From positions 4,008-42,751 of the forward strand of contig CAZYYC010000004.1 of the NCBI GenBank assembly GCA_964650935.1: a stretch of 38,744 bases of DNA, written 5' to 3'. Numbering within the stretch: position 1 is the stretch's first letter; each line of letters opens with the position of its first letter. A program made the position numbers and the translations under genes. Source of the stretch: an uncultured Anaerolineales bacterium (GTDB lineage Bacteria; Chloroflexota; Anaerolineae; B4-G1; SLSP01). This document shows positions 32,137 to 38,744 of the stretch, one piece after another. The notes beneath the pieces were generated by a model. The model searched no databases and had not been told where the DNA came from. It was given only the letters and a program-made list of their open reading frames with translations.

Positions 32137-34752
32137 ATGGTTAAGAAACTCATGGCCATGCTTGGTGCACTCGTTGTGCTGAGCCTCGTCTTGAGCGCCT
32201 GCGCCACGCCCACGCCTGAAACGATCATCCAAACTGTGGAGGTCGTCAAGGAGGTCGAGGTTCCGGTCGAGGTCGAGAAAGAGGTCGAGGTCATCAAGGA
32301 GGTCGAGGTTCCGGTCGAGGTTGAAGTTGAGGCCGAAGCGGAGCCCATCACGCGCAGAGGCGCATGGGTCGACACGGTCATCATGTCTGAGGAGCCCTCA
32401 GCGGACGCCGCAGTACGGCGGCTCCAGACGGGCGATCTTGACCTCTACGCGTACAGCATCTCGGATCCCGCGGTCGCAGACGCGATCTACGCGGCCGACG
32501 AGCTTGAGTATGCGACCTCGTACGGTAGCTACAATGAGATCACCTTCAACACCGCCGGCCCCGAGTTCGATGACGGTCGGCTGAATCCCTTCTCGGTCCC
32601 GAAGATCCGCGAGGCCATGAACTGGCTCGTGGACCGCAACTACGTCGTTGAGGAGATCTCGGGCGGCATGGCGATTCCGCGGTTCACCGCGATCAACTTC
32701 GCCGCCAATGACACCGCCCTGCTGGCGGATATCATCGCCGGCATCGAGCTGACCTATGCCCACAACCCCGACCGGGCTGTTGAGGTCATCACCGAGGAGA
32801 TGGAAGCTCTGGGCGCCGAGATGGTCGACGGCACGTGGCAGTACAACGGCCAGCCTGTCGATATCATCGCCCTGATCCGTGTCGAGGATGAGCGTCTGGA
32901 GATCGGCGACTACGTCTCCAACCTGCTCGAGGACATCGGCTTCACCGTCACCCGCGACTACAAGACGTCGGCAGAGGCTTCAACCTGCTGGCTGAGCGAG
33001 CAGCCGTCGGTGGGTTGCTTCGGCTTCTACACCGGTGGTTGGGTGAGCACGGCGATCAGCCGTGACGCCGGCGCCGACTTCCTCTTCTTCTACACCCCCG
33101 ACGGTTACACCGGCGTACCTCTGTGGGACAACTATACCCCCACCGAGGAGTTCTATCAGCTCTCCCGCGATCTGGCGAACAACAACTTCGCCACGATGGA
33201 GGAGCGCCGCGAGATGATGGCGCAGGCCCTCACGCTCTCGATGGAGGACTCGGCCCGGATCTGGCTGAAGGATGACACGGGCATTGCCCCGCAGCGCAAG
33301 GAAATCGCCGTGGCGGCAGACCTCTCGGGGTCGGTCTACGGTGCGTGGCTTTGGGGACAGACCCTGCGGATCGAGGGCCAGGTCGGTGGCTCCGTCAACA
33401 TCGGCGTGCCGAGTCTGATGACGCAGCCCTGGAATCCCGTCTCCGGCTCGAACTGGGTCTACGACATGATGCCCATTCGCGCGATCGGCGATATGGCCAC
33501 CGTGTTCGATCCCTACACCGGGCTGATGCGGCCGATGCGCCTCGAGAGCGCTGAGGTCTTCATCGAGGAAGGTCTGCCCGTTGGCCAGATCCTCGACTGG
33601 GTAAGCCTTGAGTTCGTCGCCGAGAACGTCGTTCCGGATGACGCCTGGGTCGACTGGGATCCCGTAGAGCAGGTCTTCATCACCGCCAGCGACAAGTTCA
33701 CCGAGACGCAGACTTCCAAGGCCAAGGTCGTCATGACCTATCCCGCAGACTTCCCCGGCAACGTGACCTGGCACGACGGCAGCACCTTCAGCCTGGCTGA
33801 TATGGTCTTCGGTGCCGCGCTCTACTTCGATCGCGCGAAAGAGGAAAGCGCCATCTTCGATCCTGCCGCAGTGGGTGATTTCACCTCCTTCATGCAGGCC
33901 TTCAAGGGTTGGCGCATCGCCTCCGAGAACCCCGTCGTGATCGAGTACTACACCGACGCCTACGGTCTCGATGCTGAGAACAACGTCAGCAACTTCCGCG
34001 CGATGTACCCCACCTCGGACGGTCTCTACGCCCAGGGGCAGGGTGCCTGGCACAACATGGCGATCGGCTGGATGGCCGAGGCCGATGGCGAGCTGGCCTT
34101 CTCCGACAGCAAGGCCGGGAACCTCGAGGTCGAGTACATGAGCTTCATCGGTGGCCCGAGCCTTGAGATCCTGAAGGCGAAGCTGGACATGGCCGAGGAA
34201 GAGGGTTTCATTCCTTACGAGGCCACGCTCAGCCAGTACATGTCGGCGGATGAAGCTGCGACCCGCTACGCGAATCTGCAGGAGTTCTACCGCGTGCGCG
34301 ACCACTTCTATGTCGGGACCGGCCCCTTCATGCTGCAGGACGTCTTCCCCGTCGAGGGAACCCTGATTCTGCAGAACAACCCCAACTATCCCGACTACGC
34401 CGACCGCTGGGCCCAGTTCAGTGAGGCCCCCGTGCCTGACGTGATGGTGGATGGTCCCGGACAGGTCGGCATCGGCGACGAGGCCACCTACGATGTCTTC
34501 GTCGATCTGACTGAGGGTGTGCCCTACCCTGTCGACGACATCTCGATGGTCAAGTTCCTCGTCTTTGACGCCACCGGAGAGCTTGTCTATACAGGCGATG
34601 CCGAGGCTGTTGAGGATGGTTACTGGCAGGTGATGCTGGATGCGGGCATCACGGGCGATCTTGAGGCCGGATCCAACCGGCTGGCCGTGATCGCGGTCTC
34701 CAAGAATGCCCTCGTCCCCGTGCGGCAGACCGTCGACTTCGTAACCCAGTAA
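32137..34752 (+). CDS. Peptide/nickel-type (family 5) ABC substrate-binding lipoprotein, unusually long (871 aa)
   Basis: Lipobox LSAC, Glu/Val repeat linker, NPFS..KIREAMNWLVDR, TWHDG, GTGPF. RBS AAGGAGG. Confidence 0.9.
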   Translation: MVKKLMAMLGALVVLSLVLSACATPTPETIIQTVEVVKEVEVPVEVEKEVEVIKEVEVPVEVEVEAEAEPITRRGAWVDTVIMSEEPSADAAVRRLQTGDLDLYAYSISDPAVADAIYAADELEYATSYGSYNEITFNTAGPEFDDGRLNPFSVPKIREAMNWLVDRNYVVEEISGGMAIPRFTAINFAANDTALLADIIAGIELTYAHNPDRAVEVITEEMEALGAEMVDGTWQYNGQPVDIIALIRVEDERLEIGDYVSNLLEDIGFTVTRDYKTSAEASTCWLSEQPSVGCFGFYTGGWVSTAISRDAGADFLFFYTPDGYTGVPLWDNYTPTEEFYQLSRDLANNNFATMEERREMMAQALTLSMEDSARIWLKDDTGIAPQRKEIAVAADLSGSVYGAWLWGQTLRIEGQVGGSVNIGVPSLMTQPWNPVSGSNWVYDMMPIRAIGDMATVFDPYTGLMRPMRLESAEVFIEEGLPVGQILDWVSLEFVAENVVPDDAWVDWDPVEQVFITASDKFTETQTSKAKVVMTYPADFPGNVTWHDGSTFSLADMVFGAALYFDRAKEESAIFDPAAVGDFTSFMQAFKGWRIASENPVVIEYYTDAYGLDAENNVSNFRAMYPTSDGLYAQGQGAWHNMAIGWMAEADGELAFSDSKAGNLEVEYMSFIGGPSLEILKAKLDMAEEEGFIPYEATLSQYMSADEAATRYANLQEFYRVRDHFYVGTGPFMLQDVFPVEGTLILQNNPNYPDYADRWAQFSEAPVPDVMVDGPGQVGIGDEATYDVFVDLTEGVPYPVDDISMVKFLVFDATGELVYTGDAEAVEDGYWQVMLDAGITGDLEAGSNRLAVIAVSKNALVPVRQTVDFVTQ
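32239..32324. repeat. Intragenic duplication with 48-nt period encoding EV(V/I)KEVEVPVEVE
   Basis: Near-identical 38-nt units starting at 32239 and 32287. Confidence 0.75.
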
Positions 34753-34769
34753 GCCGTCTTCTGAGTGAT

Positions 34770-34803
34770 CGTTCCGGAGGGATGAGAGCATCCCTCCGGA
34801 ACG
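34770..34803 (+). terminator. 15-bp hairpin after the SBP gene (stabiliser or terminator)
   Basis: CGTTCCGGAGGGATG-AGAG-CATCCCTCCGGAACG. Confidence 0.6.
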
Positions 34804-34850
34804 GTGAGACAACCGCTTACGATGGTTATGATCTAGGTCGATCTGACACA

Positions 34851-34888
34851 ACAAGGGGGGCGGGGCTCACTCGCCCCCCTTTGTTTGT
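34851..34888 (+). terminator. Intrinsic terminator-like hairpin between SBP and permease
   Basis: AAGGGGGGCGGG-GCTCA-CTCGCCCCCCTTTGTTTGT. Confidence 0.6.
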
Positions 34889-35071
34889 AGGCAAGCCACG
34901 ACGGCAGGGGATCTTTTCGACCGGAAGAGATACGCGTAGAAGGCGCAAAGATACAGACAGCAGTGGATCCGGCTCTCTGTGCCTTCTATGTGTAGCTCTG
35001 TATGAGACATCATCGTGTTGTCCCGGCTGTCCTCGTAGGCCTGGATCCTGATACAGAAAGTGAGAAGTAGG

Positions 35072-36220
35072 ATGAGTGATACAGCGTTGGCGATGGAGAC
35101 GGAGGGAGCGCCCCAGGAGAAGCTGCAATCCGGCTCCGGCGCGCTTGGCCGGGTCGTCAAATACTCGGCGGTTCGCCTGGTGATGCTTTTCGTCACGGTC
35201 GTCGTGGGTATCTATATGGTGGTTCTCGTCGCTAATATGGGCGGTTACGTCGACCGGATACGACTTGGGAGCATCCAACAGATGATCTCGCTACAGATCT
35301 CCCAGGATCAGAGCCCTGAGATGAGGGCCTTGAGTGTCGAGGAGAGGCGCGAGCTCATCAGGGAGCGCGTTGAGGTGGAGGTCCAGCGTCAGGGACTCGA
35401 CCAGCCCTTTATTGTGCGCAGTTTCGGCTACCTCAGAGGGGCGATCACGCTCGATTTGGGCTTTGCCACCGATATGACCAGCGACACCGGATCGAAGCAG
35501 GTGCGTCTGATTCTGTTGGAGCGGCTGCCCCCGACGCTGTTGATGTGGGGAGTTTCCAACCTGCTCCTCTTCTTTATTAGTCTCTTCTTCGGCCTCTTTC
35601 TCTCCAGGAAATACGGCAGCATTCTGGATCGCATCGTGATCGCGCTGGCCCCGACCTCCTCGGCCCCGGGTTGGTTCTACGGCCTTTTCCTTATCCTGAT
35701 CTTTGCCGCCATCTTGCAGGTTCTGCCCTTCGGCGGCATGGTCGCAGCGCCGCCGCCCGAGAACCGGATCGACTACGCCCTCAGCCTCCTCAGGCACCTG
35801 GTCCTGCCGACCGCGGCCATCGTCATCAGCACCATCTTCCTACAAACCTACAATTTCCGTACGTTCTTCCTTATCTATTCAACAGAAGACTACGTGGAGA
35901 TGGCGAAGGCCAAGGGACTGTCCGATAGGGAGATCGAACGGCGCTACGTGCTCCGGCCGGTGCTCCCCACGATCATCACGCAGTTTGCCCTGACGGTGAT
36001 TACCCTGTGGACCGGCGCGACGATTCTGGAGACCGTCTTCAACTGGCCCGGGTTAGGCCGTGCGCTCTACCAGGCGATCGGGCTCTATGACACCCCGGTG
36101 ATTGTGGGCTCGCAGGTGATCTATGCCTATCTGCTCGCCGCGACGGTCTTTCTGCTGGACTTTATCTACGCCCTGGTCGATCCGCGGGTACGGATTGGAG
36201 GGGAGGGGAGAACGAGATGA
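35072..36220 (+). CDS. ABC transporter permease (OppB/DppB family)
   Basis: GLDQP, RHLVLP, EDYVEMAKAKGL (EAA loop), ETVFNWPGLG, VDPRVR. Confidence 0.92.
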   Translation: MSDTALAMETEGAPQEKLQSGSGALGRVVKYSAVRLVMLFVTVVVGIYMVVLVANMGGYVDRIRLGSIQQMISLQISQDQSPEMRALSVEERRELIRERVEVEVQRQGLDQPFIVRSFGYLRGAITLDLGFATDMTSDTGSKQVRLILLERLPPTLLMWGVSNLLLFFISLFFGLFLSRKYGSILDRIVIALAPTSSAPGWFYGLFLILIFAAILQVLPFGGMVAAPPPENRIDYALSLLRHLVLPTAAIVISTIFLQTYNFRTFFLIYSTEDYVEMAKAKGLSDREIERRYVLRPVLPTIITQFALTVITLWTGATILETVFNWPGLGRALYQAIGLYDTPVIVGSQVIYAYLLAATVFLLDFIYALVDPRVRIGGEGRTR

Positions 36221-37551
36221 AAACGCTCCGCGAGTTACTTCAGTATCCGGCTGCGGCGATCGGACTCGTGATCATCACGTTGCTGATCCTACTGTCGGTC
36301 TATGCTATGGTTACCATTCCCTACAGCGAGGCCATACGACTCTGGCGGGGCGGTGAGGACGTCTGGTATCACACCCCGAAGAATGCTGCGCCTGCGTGGA
36401 CCAACTGGTTCACCACCAAGGACCTCCCCGCGACCATTCGGATGCGCAGTGATGATGATGACGTCATCAAGACCGTCGAATCGGCCAGTGAGGAACTGAC
36501 GGACGTCATCTTCTCCTTCACTTTCGACTTCCCTTACGACGACTTCCCCCGTGAGATCTCGGTCTTCTTCAACACCCGTTACGATCGGAAACCGCCGCAC
36601 GTCTCTATGACCTGGTTGACACCCGATGGCAGAGAGATCCGGGTCGCGGACAAATCCATGACCCAGCAAGAGACCTATCGCGTCTCCCAGGACAGCCTGC
36701 TGCAGCGTAGACTGGGCGGCGCCCTGCCGCATCAGGGATTGTTCGCCGTCGATCCGCGGGCCGAGGTTCTCGAGCCGCTCCACGGCACCTACACCTTACA
36801 GGTAGAGGCCATCACCTTCGAGCCCGAGTCTGACGTGGATGCCGAGATGGTCATCTACGGGCAGGTCCACGGCATCGCCGGGACGGACCACCGGCGACGA
36901 GATCTATCGATCGCGCTGCTCTGGGGCACCCCTATCGCGCTCGGCTTTGGGCTCCTGGCTGCTGTCGGCACCAGTCTGATCCAGATGATCATCGCCGCTG
37001 TGGGCACATGGTATGGAGGCTGGGTGGACACCCTAATCCAGCGTGTTACCGAGATCAACATGGTCTTACCCTTCCTGCCGATCCTGATTATGATCGGCAC
37101 CTTCTACTCCAAGAGCATCTTCGCGATGCTCGGGGTTGTGGTTCTGCTGTCCATTTTCGGCGGTGGGATCAAGACCAATCGCGCCATGTTCCTGCAGGTC
37201 AAACACTCGCCCTATATCGAGGCGGCACAGGCCTATGGGGCCTCGGACGCCCGCCTCATTCGCAAGTACTTGATCCCGCGCATCATCCCCACCCTACTCC
37301 CCAGCTTGGTCGCGCTGGTGCCGAGCTTCGTTTTCCTGGAGGCGGCGCTGGCCCTTCTGGGGCTGGGGGATCCCGTCCTACCTACCTGGGGCAAGGTGAT
37401 CAACGACGCCTACGGCAACGGTGCACTCTACCATGGTCATTACTACTGGATCCTGGAACCGTCCGTCCTGCTGATGATTATGGCACTCGCCTTCTCACTG
37501 CTGGGATTTGCCCTGGACCGTGTTTTCAACCCCAGACTGCGAGGTATGTAG
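36217..37551 (+). CDS. ABC transporter permease (OppC/DppC family) with large extracytoplasmic insert
   Basis: GTDHRRRD, YIEAAQAYGAS, LGLGDP..PTWG, FNPRLR; ATGA overlap with the upstream permease. Confidence 0.92.
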   Translation: MKTLRELLQYPAAAIGLVIITLLILLSVYAMVTIPYSEAIRLWRGGEDVWYHTPKNAAPAWTNWFTTKDLPATIRMRSDDDDVIKTVESASEELTDVIFSFTFDFPYDDFPREISVFFNTRYDRKPPHVSMTWLTPDGREIRVADKSMTQQETYRVSQDSLLQRRLGGALPHQGLFAVDPRAEVLEPLHGTYTLQVEAITFEPESDVDAEMVIYGQVHGIAGTDHRRRDLSIALLWGTPIALGFGLLAAVGTSLIQMIIAAVGTWYGGWVDTLIQRVTEINMVLPFLPILIMIGTFYSKSIFAMLGVVVLLSIFGGGIKTNRAMFLQVKHSPYIEAAQAYGASDARLIRKYLIPRIIPTLLPSLVALVPSFVFLEAALALLGLGDPVLPTWGKVINDAYGNGALYHGHYYWILEPSVLLMIMALAFSLLGFALDRVFNPRLRGM

Positions 37552-37556
37552 AACCG

Positions 37557-38516
37557 ATGTCAGAAAACAATACGCTACTGCGCGTCGAAGATCTGCGGCT
37601 CTATTTCCGCACCCGACAGGGCACCGTTCAGGCGGTCGATGGCGTGGATCTGGAGCTCAAAGAGAACGAGGCCATGGTGATCCTCGGCGAGTCGGGGTGT
37701 GGCAAGACCTCTCTATCGAGAGCCATCCTGCGCCTGCTCCCCAACAACGTGGAGACCTACTCAGGGAAGATCTTCCTCGAGGGCCTCGACACGATGGAGC
37801 TGAATGACGAGCGATTCCGGCGCCAGATTCGATGGTTCAAGATGTCTATGGTGCCTCAGGCTGCTATGAACGCCCTCAATCCGGTCATTAAGGTGGGCGA
37901 ACAGGTCGCGGAACCCCTTCTCGTTCACAAGAAGGCCGAGAAACAGGAAGCGCTTGAACAGGCCGCTTGGATGTTCGAGCAAGTGGGCGTGCCGACCGAC
38001 TTTCTCAATCGCTACGCCTTCGAGCTGAGCGGAGGGATGCGCCAGCGCGTCGCCCTCGCAATGGCCCTGATCACGTTGCCGGCCCTCGTCTTCCTCGATG
38101 AGCCGACGTCGGCGCTCGACGTGCTGACGCAAGCGAATATCTTTAACGTCCTGAAGGACATCAAGAAGGAGCTCGCTGTCGGCTTCATTCTGATCACGCA
38201 CGACATCGCCACCTCAAGCGAGCTGGCTGATACGGTCGCCGTCATGTATGCCGGTGAGATCGTCGAGGTCAGTGATGCACGCCATTTCTTCACCGAACCG
38301 CTCCATCCCTACTCCAGGTTGTTGATGGCGAGCGTGCCCCGTCTCAAGGTCGACCAGGAGCCGACGTTCATCACCGGGCAACCCCCAAGTCTCATCAATC
38401 CGCCGTCGGGATGCCGGTTTGCGCCACGTTGTCCGTCGGTCTTCCAGAAATGCTCGGAGCATCCCCCCACGTTCCAGGTGGATGGCCGAAAAGTCAGATG
38501 CTGGTTACACGCCTAG
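37557..38516 (+). CDS. ABC transporter ATP-binding protein (OppD/DppD family)
   Basis: GESGCGKT, LSGGMRQR, LDEPTSALD, HPYS, GCRFAPRC. The true start is ATG 37557, not 37008. Confidence 0.93.
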   Translation: MSENNTLLRVEDLRLYFRTRQGTVQAVDGVDLELKENEAMVILGESGCGKTSLSRAILRLLPNNVETYSGKIFLEGLDTMELNDERFRRQIRWFKMSMVPQAAMNALNPVIKVGEQVAEPLLVHKKAEKQEALEQAAWMFEQVGVPTDFLNRYAFELSGGMRQRVALAMALITLPALVFLDEPTSALDVLTQANIFNVLKDIKKELAVGFILITHDIATSSELADTVAVMYAGEIVEVSDARHFFTEPLHPYSRLLMASVPRLKVDQEPTFITGQPPSLINPPSGCRFAPRCPSVFQKCSEHPPTFQVDGRKVRCWLHA

Positions 38517-38531
38517 GAAGAGAGGGCAACG

Positions 38532-38744
38532 ATGTCATCAGTTATGAGTGAGCGGCCTCAAGATGCGCCGCAGGATATGCCACAAGGTATGACGGTATCC
38601 ACGAAGGACACCGAGCAACGCCGGCGACCTGATCTGCTGTCCGTGGAAGATCTGCACGTCTGGTTCGAACTCAAGCGCTTCGGCTTCTTGCACGCCGGAT
38701 ATGTTCAGGCTGTCGACGGCGTCAACTTCACCCTCCGTGAGCAG
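38532..38744 (+). CDS. Second ABC ATP-binding protein (OppF/DppF family), partial
   Basis: MSSVMSERPQ...LLSVEDLHVWFELKRFGFLHAGYVQAVDGVNFTLREQ, open to the window edge. Confidence 0.85.
   Translation, partial: MSSVMSERPQDAPQDMPQGMTVSTKDTEQRRRPDLLSVEDLHVWFELKRFGFLHAGYVQAVDGVNFTLREQ

Noticed and set aside
32980-34854. 624-aa antisense ORF, and similar long shadow ORFs (122-1864, 7963-8961, 13495-14346, 18497-19381, 25423-27147, 27149-28132)
   Set aside because: They lie opposite well-supported genes and have no motifs. Such stop-free antisense frames are expected in GC-rich DNA.
37008-37556. N-terminal extension of the 502-aa ATPase ORF (likewise the 28250-28591 extension of the epimerase ORF)
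   Set aside because: The extensions overlap neighbouring genes. Downstream starts fit the family length, and the epimerase start has an RBS.

Overview
GC-rich bacterial chromosomal window, most consistent with Chloroflexota (Anaerolineae-like) judging from gene content and protein style (inference). It is mostly housekeeping. From left to right: a carboxyltransferase plus partial OadG-like gene with very different codon usage; menG/ubiE; a translationally coupled operon rluB-cmk-lpdA-pyrK-like-pyrD-like-membrane protein in which the PyrK/PyrD pair lacks canonical catalytic motifs; dGTPase; a Cys-rich LysM protein with a WalR-type box upstream; bcp; an FHA protein; a dipeptidase; 6S RNA; an MBL hydrolase and xerC preceded by a dif-like half-site; clpC; an unlisted 59-aa gene; pnp; rpsO; rlmD; a CofE-like ligase; hflX-rlmE-sbcC; an epimerase; ssnA; a REP-like cluster; trmD; and a peptide-type ABC transporter operon running off the right edge. 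No CRISPR array, transposase, rRNA or tRNA was found. The best candidate for an undescribed system is the LpdA + degenerate PyrK/PyrD + membrane protein redox module.
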